DNA of 64,000 nucleotides from Ruminococcus sp. (lineage in GTDB: Bacteria > Bacillota > Clostridia > Oscillospirales > Acutalibacteraceae), in NCBI GenBank assembly GCA_045545015.1, contig JAZQAF010000016.1:6303-70302 (forward strand), written 5' to 3'. Below the pieces are notes generated by a model. The model was not told the DNA's origin, did no database searches, and saw only the letters and a list, made by a program, of their open reading frames with translations. Both the position numbers and the translations under genes were made by a program. Shown one piece after another: positions 40,002-48,547 of the stretch (positions within the stretch are counted from its first letter, which is position 1; each line of letters opens with the position of its first letter).

Positions 40002-41309
40002 TTAGTCATTATTAATGCCTGAAACCTCTGTCAGAGTATCTCTGAAGAGGGCAGTGATTTTTTCTCTGCTGTGATTCCGCATTCCGCATTCACGGGCTTT
40101 TCTTCCGTACTCAGAAACCTTCTGAGAATCATCACAGAGAGCATAGAGCTTTTCCTTTATCTCTTCACGATTGGTGGCACATATTGCCGCATCCTCTTTT
40201 ATCAGATAATCCATAGGAGCGATATCTCTGCAGCCTACAGCAAATACACAGGCTCCGCTTTTGAAATAGTCCGTAAGCTTCGTTGAAAAACTAAGTCTTG
40301 CGGCATTTTTATGTCTGCCACTTAAGGCCTCTGCAAAAAGAGTTATGTCGGAAGCCTTCTGAATCTCTTCTACCTTATCTGCAGTTACGCTTCCGCAGAA
40401 TCGGTTACCTCCCTCTGAGAGAAGTCTCTCAAACTCTCCTTTGGGAGTGTCTGTGGAATAGACCTCAAAGCGGATCCGTTCTTTATCCCTATTTATCTCC
40501 GATACAGCCTTTGCTACTTCTGCAACTGTTTTGTCCCTGCCGATACCAAGCTTTCCGGTATAGACCATTCTCAAAGGATACTCGGGAGTAGTATTGCTTT
40601 CAGCATCAGCACTAAAGTCAACTGCTCTTGTGAGTATCAGACTGTCGGTTTTAAAAATTCTGTCATACTCCTCTTTCTGCTTGGGAGCTATTACGAAGAG
40701 CTTATGACATTGCTCCATTATCTTCTTAACTTTTTTTCTGAGCCAGAATCTATGTATATATGCCAGCGGATTCAAACCGCAGGTCTTGTAGGAGTAATTA
40801 TCGTCGGAAAGATAACACACCACAGGCTTCTTCGTTTTCTTTATGATGTAGAGTTGGAGCCTTGCCATATACACAAGAGGATAAACGGGTACAAACAGAA
40901 GCTCGGGATCATAGTTCTTGATAAACTCATCAAGCTCCTTTGTCTTCCACTTACCCATAAGCCAGACCATCTCTCTCATCAGAGACATAAGCATACTGTG
41001 CTTGCGGCTGTATCTTTTCTGCTCCTCTTTAAGCTCACGGCTTTCAGAGGATGTAAGCTCTCCCTTTGTATTCTCAACAACAGAAGAGGTGGAAACACTT
41101 TTCCTGAAAACACTTTTTAACACTGCATTTTCATTTATTCTGAAGAATCTGTCACACACAGAGGTCTGAGGAAGTCCTGCTTTGGTGTATATCTGGGCTA
41201 CCTTATCCTTATCCCATGAAGAAAAAAACTCAGGCAAGGTTCGCACCCCGCCTTTATCCTGCCAGACATTGACAGTAGTGACAAGAACTCTTGGTAATCT
41301 CTTATCCAT
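40002..41309 (-). CDS. Divergent GT-B fold glycosyltransferase (GT4-like)
   Basis: MVYTGKLGIGR, LSFSTKLTDY, position among GT genes. Confidence 0.6.
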   Translation of the reverse strand: MDKRLPRVLVTTVNVWQDKGGVRTLPEFFSSWDKDKVAQIYTKAGLPQTSVCDRFFRINENAVLKSVFRKSVSTSSVVENTKGELTSSESRELKEEQKRYSRKHSMLMSLMREMVWLMGKWKTKELDEFIKNYDPELLFVPVYPLVYMARLQLYIIKKTKKPVVCYLSDDNYSYKTCGLNPLAYIHRFWLRKKVKKIMEQCHKLFVIAPKQKEEYDRIFKTDSLILTRAVDFSADAESNTTPEYPLRMVYTGKLGIGRDKTVAEVAKAVSEINRDKERIRFEVYSTDTPKGEFERLLSEGGNRFCGSVTADKVEEIQKASDITLFAEALSGRHKNAARLSFSTKLTDYFKSGACVFAVGCRDIAPMDYLIKEDAAICATNREEIKEKLYALCDDSQKVSEYGRKARECGMRNHSREKITALFRDTLTEVSGINND

Positions 41310-41317
41310 ACTGACTC

Positions 41318-42313
41318 CTATCCGTTTATTTTATCAATAATTCCTACCGCAAACAGCGTAAGCCTTAAACCGAAAATACGATGAAAAGTGCCTATGAGCC
41401 TGGGGCGCTTGCTCTCGGCGTATTTAAAGAGAGATGAGAGTGCCTTGATTCTTTTGAGAAACTGCTTTTTCTTCTTGTCCTTTACTCTGCCGTAACTGAG
41501 ATACAGGTTTGAGTAAAGCTTTGCAAGAGACCCGAGAAGACCTCTTCTGAGACCTTCATCAATATCTGTAGCAGGGTCCTCGTAACGCTCCTTGTACTTT
41601 TCAAGGGTAATAAGCAGGCTTTCCATGTTTATGAGGCTTCCCGCATTTGTGACAGAGCCTTCACGCTGTCTGTATGCAATAAACTCACGGTCAACGAGAG
41701 CTATTCTCTCTGCCTTTTCCATAATGCGGTAGCTCCAGTCAACATCCTCACAACGAAGGGTCTCGTCAAACTCGATGCCGTTATGGGTAAGCAAGCTTCT
41801 TCTTATGGTTTTTGTCCAGGCAGATGCATAGTAGGCATCACGCTTTACAAGCTCGGGAATAAGCTTTGCGGTATCGGTTATATTCATTACCTCCGAAAAA
41901 GAGTAACCGCACCTTTCAAACTGTGGCTCACGATGCTCGTAGTACTTGTTGTATCTGTACATTACCACGTCCGCTTTACTTTCCTCTATCTTCTTATGAA
42001 GCGCCTCCAGATAGTCGTCCTTGCTCACAAAGTCATCGCTGTCTATGAAGATTATGTACTCTCCCTTTGCATGGCGAAGACCAAAATTGCGTGCCGTTGA
42101 CTGCCCGCCGTTTTCTTTTCTCAGTAAAACCACTCTGCTGTCTTTCTCTGTGTAACGCTTCACTATTTCGGCACTTTTATCTTTGGAGCCGTCATCAACT
42201 ATAACTATTTCAAAGTCAGACATACTCTGACAAAGGAGGCTGTCTATACACTCACCTATGTACCTTTCAACATTGTACATTGGAATTATTATACTGAAAA
42301 ACACAGGCGACAC
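41318..42313 (-). CDS. GT2 glycosyltransferase
   Basis: SIIIPMYN, VDDGSKD, IFIDSDD, CEDVDW. Confidence 0.92.
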   Translation of the reverse strand: MSPVFFSIIIPMYNVERYIGECIDSLLCQSMSDFEIVIVDDGSKDKSAEIVKRYTEKDSRVVLLRKENGGQSTARNFGLRHAKGEYIIFIDSDDFVSKDDYLEALHKKIEESKADVVMYRYNKYYEHREPQFERCGYSFSEVMNITDTAKLIPELVKRDAYYASAWTKTIRRSLLTHNGIEFDETLRCEDVDWSYRIMEKAERIALVDREFIAYRQREGSVTNAGSLINMESLLITLEKYKERYEDPATDIDEGLRRGLLGSLAKLYSNLYLSYGRVKDKKKKQFLKRIKALSSLFKYAESKRPRLIGTFHRIFGLRLTLFAVGIIDKING

Positions 42314-42341
42314 CTCCTCGGTACCCTTTATGGGTTATGTA

Positions 42342-44342
42342 CTACTTTTTACACTTCTGTTTCCTGATAACCTCTGTTACCTCGGCAATTTTCTCTACTG
42401 CCAGCTTGCGGTTCTCTTCAAACTGTTCGTCTGTCCAGCTTGCGGCTTCCTTTTCTCTTTCTCTCAGAAGCTCAAGCTCTTTACCCATATCCTTAACGGG
42501 GCGGCTGTTACCGACCTCATTGCGGAAGGTTCTGGAGAGAATTACCGATGTGGAACCGAGGCGCTTATGTTCACCCATGATAACATCGCTTTTTACAAGA
42601 CCTTCGCCGATCTTTGCGATTCCGCCGAAGCCATAGGGAATGCCTTTTCTTCTGAACTTTTCGCAGAGGCTCTCAACTGTGCCGTTTGCCAGTAATTCAA
42701 ACATAAAGGTCATATTAAGGCTTAAGTGCAGGTCATTGAGACCGATATAGACCTCGTCAATTCCCTCAAGGGAAAGTATCTCATCTACATTCTCAACACT
42801 CTCTTTTGTTTCAAAAAGAAGCACAGTCTTTACTCTGCCGCCTACAGCCTCAAGGAAAGTCTTTACTTCCTCACGGGTCTTGAAGTAAGGGAGCATAATA
42901 AGGTCGGCACCGTCTTTAATGATTCTGTCTATCTCAGCTGTGATACCTTCATGCACGGGATTACATCTTACAAGAAGCTGTGCTTTGCTTACTACCTTTC
43001 TCACCTTGCTTACATCATCAAGGCTTGAGTGAGACACCACTGTATCCAGATGACCCTGACGCTCTTCCTTGCCCATAATCTCAAGGTCGAGGAAAATGCG
43101 GTCAACACCTGCATTTTCTGCTTCTACGGCAGCCTTGGGATCTGAAGTAAGGTACATAAATTTCAGGTGTTCATCCTGCTTATTTAACAGTTTACAATAA
43201 TGGTTATAAATATTCTGGAGCATAATTGGACGAGCAAAGTATTTCTCTACTCGTTTTCTCGCCTCCTCGCTATATTTATTTCTGCGGCTTTCGTCCTTCA
43301 TCAGTCGAAGCATTTCTTCATAAAGCGACTTATAGTCATGAGAGGGAACGAGGATTCCTGATTCCTTGTTCACTATAACCTCACTGGGACCGGGAACATC
43401 TGTGGTGATTATGGGAAGAGCCATTGCCATTGCTTCCTGAAGTACCATGGAAAAGCCTTCTCTGTATGTGGGATTGATAAAGATATCTGTGGCAGCCATA
43501 AACTGTGCCACTTTATCTACACCCACAGCACCGGTAAACACAATGCTGCCGCAGCCTCTCGCCCATTTCATTACCTCTGCATCGGGAGGGTTGGTGGGAT
43601 CTTCCATTCCCACAAGGAGAAGCTTTGTGTTTTTCTCTTTTCTGATAAGCTCCTTGTAAGCAAGCAGAAGTTCTGTGATACCCTTATCTTTATTAAGTCT
43701 GCCTATGTAACTGAAAACCAGAGTGCCGTCATCCAAACCGTACTCTTCTCTTATAGCCTTTCTCCACCCTGGCTTTTTATTAATATCGTGAACAGCGAAA
43801 TCAACACCCACGGTGCCGCCCTTGCCGATAACGCTGATTTTGTCCTTCTTTGAAAGACCCTCGCTGATGGCAAGCTCTCTGTTCAAAGGGCTGGTTGAAA
43901 CTATATGTGTTGCTCCCTTGCAGGTGATCTTTTCGATCATCTTGAAGAAGAAGCGCTTGATGCCCTTAAAGCCCACATATCGGATACCCCACTGGCCGTA
44001 AACTCTCACGGGGATTTTCTTAAATCCACCTGCAAGAGTACAGCAAAGAGCCACATTGGGAGTTGAATACTGGATAATATCGAACTTTTCTTCCCTGAAG
44101 GCTTTTCTCAGCTCCTTGATACACCTGAGCATGGGACGGACTGAAATTCCTCTTTCCACTGACAGAGGAATTACCCTGGCAAATTCCTCGTGCTTCTCTT
44201 TAAAGCTTTGATTCATTTCACCGCACATAACGGTAACATCAAAGCCCTTCATAGAAAGGTTCTTTGCTGAATCGGACACAAATCTATCAAACGACGTTGT
44301 GATCGTTGTCACCATACATATCTTCGTGTTTTTCTGTATCAT
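42342..44342 (-). CDS. Fusion protein: CapM-like GT4 plus HpcH/HpaI aldolase/citrate-lyase-family domain
   Basis: GT4 (STP, GRLNKDKG, PTYREGFSMVLQEAMA) continues without a stop into LKFMYLTSDP..AGVDRIFLDLE..VRCNP..MLPYFKT..LLFET..IGLNDLH. Confidence 0.85.
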   Translation of the reverse strand: MIQKNTKICMVTTITTSFDRFVSDSAKNLSMKGFDVTVMCGEMNQSFKEKHEEFARVIPLSVERGISVRPMLRCIKELRKAFREEKFDIIQYSTPNVALCCTLAGGFKKIPVRVYGQWGIRYVGFKGIKRFFFKMIEKITCKGATHIVSTSPLNRELAISEGLSKKDKISVIGKGGTVGVDFAVHDINKKPGWRKAIREEYGLDDGTLVFSYIGRLNKDKGITELLLAYKELIRKEKNTKLLLVGMEDPTNPPDAEVMKWARGCGSIVFTGAVGVDKVAQFMAATDIFINPTYREGFSMVLQEAMAMALPIITTDVPGPSEVIVNKESGILVPSHDYKSLYEEMLRLMKDESRRNKYSEEARKRVEKYFARPIMLQNIYNHYCKLLNKQDEHLKFMYLTSDPKAAVEAENAGVDRIFLDLEIMGKEERQGHLDTVVSHSSLDDVSKVRKVVSKAQLLVRCNPVHEGITAEIDRIIKDGADLIMLPYFKTREEVKTFLEAVGGRVKTVLLFETKESVENVDEILSLEGIDEVYIGLNDLHLSLNMTFMFELLANGTVESLCEKFRRKGIPYGFGGIAKIGEGLVKSDVIMGEHKRLGSTSVILSRTFRNEVGNSRPVKDMGKELELLREREKEAASWTDEQFEENRKLAVEKIAEVTEVIRKQKCKK

Positions 44343-44435
44343 AACGGCACACCCTTTGCGAGTAATAAAGGTATCTCAAAAAAATATATATCAAAGTAAA
44401 TAATATACTTAATGTGTACTATAATCCTATTTTAT

Positions 44436-44464
44436 ATAGTACCACAAATGCAGACTTCTGTAAA
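44436..44464 (-). promoter_or_regulatory. SigA-type promoter of the minus-strand glycan operon
   Basis: TTTACA-17-TACTAT with TGG (extended -10). Confidence 0.65.
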
Positions 44465-44529
44465 CAAAAACTTTCTGCTTTATCATAGCTTTTTCTCAGT
44501 TTTTTACAACCTCATTGACTTATCCTTTG

Positions 44530-44558
44530 TGCTATTCCTTCGTCTTCTCTCATATATT
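44530..44558 (+). promoter_or_regulatory. SigE-like promoter of spoIIID
   Basis: CATATATT at 44551-44558 matches the SigE -10; GCTATT 14 bp upstream; spoIIID is known to be SigE-dependent. Confidence 0.5.
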
Positions 44559-44587
44559 CTAATATTACCGATAAGGGAGAGATTTTT

Positions 44588-44884
44588 TTGAAGGGAATAG
44601 TTGAAGAAAGAGCTGTTAAACTTGGGGAATACATACTGGAAAAGAAAGCTACCGTACGACTTGCCGCAAAGACCTTTGGAATCAGCAAAAGCACAGTCCA
44701 CAAGGATGTGAGCCAGCGCCTGAGGAATCTGAATCCACTCCTCTACAGCGAGGTGAGAAAGGTGCTTCTCCTCAATAAGCAAGAAAGGCATCTCAGAGGT
44801 GGCATCGCCACAAGAAACAAATACCTTGAAATCTCCCGAAGAAAAAATCCTGACTCTGAAAAAATGCCTTTACTTTGGGAATAA
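44588..44884 (+). CDS. spoIIID: Sporulation transcription factor SpoIIID
   Basis: ATVRLAAKTFGISKSTVHKDV, NKQERHLRGG; TTG start after GGGAGA. Confidence 0.93.
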   Translation: MKGIVEERAVKLGEYILEKKATVRLAAKTFGISKSTVHKDVSQRLRNLNPLLYSEVRKVLLLNKQERHLRGGIATRNKYLEISRRKNPDSEKMPLLWE

Positions 44885-44897
44885 TTAGTAGTATAAT
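44869..44897 (+). promoter_or_regulatory. SigA-type promoter for aminotransferase 2, overlapping the spoIIID 3' end
   Basis: TTTACT-17-TATAAT. Confidence 0.65.
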
Positions 44898-44960
44898 CTA
44901 TGATAGAATACGTATAGTGTTATTTTTTTGAAACTCAGGAAAATATAGGAGACACAGGAT

Positions 44961-46166
44961 ATGCGAAACATTCCATTTTCACCCCCTGACATTACCGATG
45001 CAGAGATTGATTCTGTTGTATCCGTACTCAAGTCAGGTTGGATCACCACAGGTCCCAAAACAAAACTTTTTGAAAGTCAGATAGCTGAATTCTGCCATAC
45101 AGAGAAGGCTGTTTGTCTCTCCTCTCAGACAGCCTGCGCAGAGATGACCCTGAGAATTCTCGGGGTTGGCCCCGGAGATGAGGTTATCGTTCCCTCATAC
45201 ACCTACACCGCTACAGCCTCAGTTGTGTGCCACATCGGCGCAAAGCCCGTTATCATCGACTGTCAGAAGGGCAGCTTTGAGATGGACTACGACAAGGTTG
45301 AGGCAGCAATAAACGAGAATACCAAGGTTATTATTCCTGTTGACCTTGCAGGTGTAATGTGCGACTACGACCGGATTTATGAGATAGTTGAGAGAAAAAA
45401 GCATCTCTTCAAGCCCACAAGCGAGCTTCAGGAAAAATACGGCAGAATCATCGTTATGTGCGACGGCGCTCACGCACTGGGTGCTTCAAGAAACGGCAAA
45501 ATGTGCGGCGAGGTTGCTGACTTTACAAATTTCAGCTTCCATGCAGTTAAGAACCTGACCACAGGTGAGGGCGGTGCCGTTACCTGGAAAAATGCCGCAG
45601 GCATTGATAATGATGAGCTTTACCGTCAGTATATGCTGTTTTCACTCCACGGTCAGACCAAGGACACCTATGCTAAAAACAAGGGCACTTCCTGGGAATA
45701 TGATGTAGTAAAAACTCAGTACAAATGCAATATGCCTGACATTCTGGCAGCTCTGGGTCTTGCTCAGCTGAATCGCTATAACGATATCCTCAATAGACGC
45801 CACGAGCTTATCAAGCGTTACAACGAGGCTTTTGCGGACCTGCCCGTAGAGGTGCTTAATCATGCATCTGAGGATCATCGCTCCAGCGGACATCTCTACT
45901 TTGTTCGATTCACAGGCAAGGACGAGGAATATCGTAACGCATTTTTCAAGAGAATGGCACAGAACGGCGTAATCTGCAACGTCCACTTCAAGCCTCTTCC
46001 CCTGCTTACCGCATACAAGCAGTTAGGTTATGATATCAAAGATTATCCCAACGCCTACGATATGTTCAAAAATCAGCTTACTCTGCCTCTTAACACAACA
46101 CTTTCAGATGAGGATGTAGAGTATCTTCTCAACACCTTCCGCAGGTGCATTGCTCAGCCCTATTGA
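44961..46166 (+). CDS. DegT-family C4 aminotransferase 2, WcfR / pneumococcal AATGal-type
   Basis: IPFSPPDIT, SGWITTGPKT, SFHAVKNLTT, LHGQTKD, YKCNMPD, NVHFKPLPLLTAYK. Confidence 0.9.
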   Translation: MRNIPFSPPDITDAEIDSVVSVLKSGWITTGPKTKLFESQIAEFCHTEKAVCLSSQTACAEMTLRILGVGPGDEVIVPSYTYTATASVVCHIGAKPVIIDCQKGSFEMDYDKVEAAINENTKVIIPVDLAGVMCDYDRIYEIVERKKHLFKPTSELQEKYGRIIVMCDGAHALGASRNGKMCGEVADFTNFSFHAVKNLTTGEGGAVTWKNAAGIDNDELYRQYMLFSLHGQTKDTYAKNKGTSWEYDVVKTQYKCNMPDILAALGLAQLNRYNDILNRRHELIKRYNEAFADLPVEVLNHASEDHRSSGHLYFVRFTGKDEEYRNAFFKRMAQNGVICNVHFKPLPLLTAYKQLGYDIKDYPNAYDMFKNQLTLPLNTTLSDEDVEYLLNTFRRCIAQPY

Positions 46167-46197
46167 TTTTAGCGGCTAAAAATCAAGGTTTATTTCC

Positions 46198-46226
46198 CCG
46201 CCGCATTCACTTGCGGCGGATTTTTT
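46198..46226 (+). terminator. Terminator after aminotransferase 2
   Basis: CCGCCGCA/TGCGGCGG stem followed by TTTTTT. Confidence 0.8.
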
Positions 46227-46371
46227 CCGTCCCCTTAAAAACTCTCTTATAATTCACAGAAAGTTTATGATATTTTCAGACAAGTTTCAAATTTATTCAC
46301 TCTTTTGTCTTAAATTTACTATATAATTACTTTCTGAGGAATTATATCAGATTCAAAGGAAGGAGCAAGTT

Positions 46372-47061
46372 ATGCTTACATACAAGGTTCTTATAGTAGA
46401 TGACGATGAAAACATCTGTAATCTTCTCAGACTTTATCTTGAAAAAGAGGGCTTTTTAACAGTTTGCGCCCACGACGGCAAGGAAGCCCTTAATCTTTTT
46501 GAAACAGAAAATCCCCATATGGTTCTCCTCGACATTATGCTGCCTGTGCTTGACGGCTGGCAGGTTTGCCGTGAGATCCGCAAGACTTCCCAGTGTCCCC
46601 TTATCATGCTCACCGCAAAAGGCGAGACCTTCGATAAGGTTCTGGGGCTGGAGCTTGGTGCTGACGACTATATCACAAAGCCCTTTGAGGCAAAGGAAGT
46701 TATAGCCCGAGTTCGTGCCGTGCTTCGCCGAACCACGCCTCAGGATGAGGAGATGTCCCATGAAGTTCATCTTCACAATCTGGACATCAACCTTGAAAAC
46801 TACGAGCTGCGTGTAAAGGGCGAACTTATAAACACTCCCCCAAAGGAGCTTGAACTGCTCTATTTTCTCGCAAGCAACCCCAACAAAATGTTTTCCAGAG
46901 ATCAGCTTCTGGATGTAGTCTGGGGCTTTGACTACTGCGGCGAGAGCCGTACCATAGATGTCCATATCAAGCGAATCCGTGAAAAGATAGATGGCGTTTC
47001 CGACAAATGGGAGCTTTCTACCGTCTGGGCAAGAGGCTATAAATTTGTGACCTATGATTAA
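46372..47061 (+). CDS. OmpR/PhoB-family response regulator
   Basis: VDDD, LLDIMLP, GADDYITKPF, RTIDVHIKRIR. Confidence 0.95.
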   Translation: MLTYKVLIVDDDENICNLLRLYLEKEGFLTVCAHDGKEALNLFETENPHMVLLDIMLPVLDGWQVCREIRKTSQCPLIMLTAKGETFDKVLGLELGADDYITKPFEAKEVIARVRAVLRRTTPQDEEMSHEVHLHNLDINLENYELRVKGELINTPPKELELLYFLASNPNKMFSRDQLLDVVWGFDYCGESRTIDVHIKRIREKIDGVSDKWELSTVWARGYKFVTYD

Positions 47062-48547
47062 TTCTATCAGAAATATACTCAGAAGCTCCGTTTTCAAACG
47101 GTTTCTGTTCCGAAGCATCTTGGTCACCTTTATCTGCGTTATTATTGCTATGGGGATCCTCTATTTTCCTGTAGCTCGATTTGTAAACAATGAAAGAGAA
47201 AAGACCATGCAGGAGAGAGCCTGTGAGGTCTCATCCTATATATCCGAAGCCTGTGATGGCAACCTTCACAGCATAAAGGCTGAGGACGAGCTTTTTTCTT
47301 CCTCTGTTACCACCATGGGCAAAGCAATGCACGCTTTGATAGTGCTTTGTGATAACGAAGGAAATGTCGTTTTTGCAGGAGACAACACCTCTGCTACCTT
47401 ACCTACAACACTTCCCCCTTCCTATATGCAGAAGCTCTATGAGGGAGATTTTATTGAGAAGGTAACCTTTGAAAGCGATCCTGACAACGTCTATTTCATT
47501 TCGGCTTCACAGATAACCTGTGAGAAATCCGGAACTGTTGGATACTGCCTTATACTTCAGACTGACTTATGGGCAGCCGACTACGTGCCTTCCTTCTTTA
47601 TGCTTTTTATCATCATAGTAATGCTGTCTGTGCTCTGTCTCTTCATTCTCTCTGCAGTGTTTGTGTTCAATACCTCCCGTCCCTTAAAGCAAATGGCTTA
47701 CGCTGCAAAACGCTTTGCCGTAGGCGACTTTGAAAGCAGGGTTTATGTAAACCGTGACGATGAGATAGGACTGCTTGCCACAGCCTTCAACGAAATGGCT
47801 GATTCCCTTGCTGCTTCTGAGGTAGTAAGACGAAATTTCGTAGCAAATGTATCTCACGAGCTCAAAACACCCATGACCACGATTGCCGGCTACATCGACG
47901 GAATTCTTGACGGCACCATCGGAAAGGACGACTTTGACCACTACCTGCTTATTGTCTCAAATGAAATCAAAAGACTTTCCCGACTGGTCACCTCAATGAT
48001 CTCCCTCTCAAAAATTGACAGCGGCGAGATCAAGGTGCATAAAAGAGTTTTTGAAATACAGCAGACCCTCTTCGACGTAATTCTGAGCTTCGAAAGTGAT
48101 ATAAGTAAAAAGAAGCTTAGAATCGAAGGACTTGAGATCGAAGATAACACCTGTGCCTTTGGCGACAGTGATCTCATTCATCAGGTTATATTCAATCTGG
48201 TTGAGAATGCTGTTAAATTCACCCCCGAGGGAGGCTACATCCGCTTCGGCATTGAAACCGAAGATTCCAAGGTGAAGTTTACCGTGGAAAACAGCGGAAA
48301 GGGTATTCTCCCTGAGGATCTCCGCCTTGTTTTTGATAAATTCTATAAGGCAGATAAATCAAGAAGTAAAGATAAAAACAGTATGGGTCTGGGACTTTAC
48401 ATTGCCCGTACCATCATACATCTTCACGAGGGAAGCATCAGTGCAGAAAGTGAGCCTGACAAGTACTGCAGATTTATCTTCTATATTGATGAAGCTCCCA
48501 AAAAATCCAAAGATATACCCGACGCCACCTATGAGGAGGATAATTAA
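47054..48547 (+). CDS. HAMP sensor histidine kinase
   Basis: Two TM helices, DEIGLLA, NVSHELKTP, NLVENAVKF, GLGL. Confidence 0.95.
   Translation: MINSIRNILRSSVFKRFLFRSILVTFICVIIAMGILYFPVARFVNNEREKTMQERACEVSSYISEACDGNLHSIKAEDELFSSSVTTMGKAMHALIVLCDNEGNVVFAGDNTSATLPTTLPPSYMQKLYEGDFIEKVTFESDPDNVYFISASQITCEKSGTVGYCLILQTDLWAADYVPSFFMLFIIIVMLSVLCLFILSAVFVFNTSRPLKQMAYAAKRFAVGDFESRVYVNRDDEIGLLATAFNEMADSLAASEVVRRNFVANVSHELKTPMTTIAGYIDGILDGTIGKDDFDHYLLIVSNEIKRLSRLVTSMISLSKIDSGEIKVHKRVFEIQQTLFDVILSFESDISKKKLRIEGLEIEDNTCAFGDSDLIHQVIFNLVENAVKFTPEGGYIRFGIETEDSKVKFTVENSGKGILPEDLRLVFDKFYKADKSRSKDKNSMGLGLYIARTIIHLHEGSISAESEPDKYCRFIFYIDEAPKKSKDIPDATYEEDN

Noticed and set aside
12154-46166. Dedicated spore-coat (sps-like) polysaccharide
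   Set aside because: All four glycan units have SigA-like promoters and no SigK-type promoter was evident; only possible read-through from spoIIID is retained.
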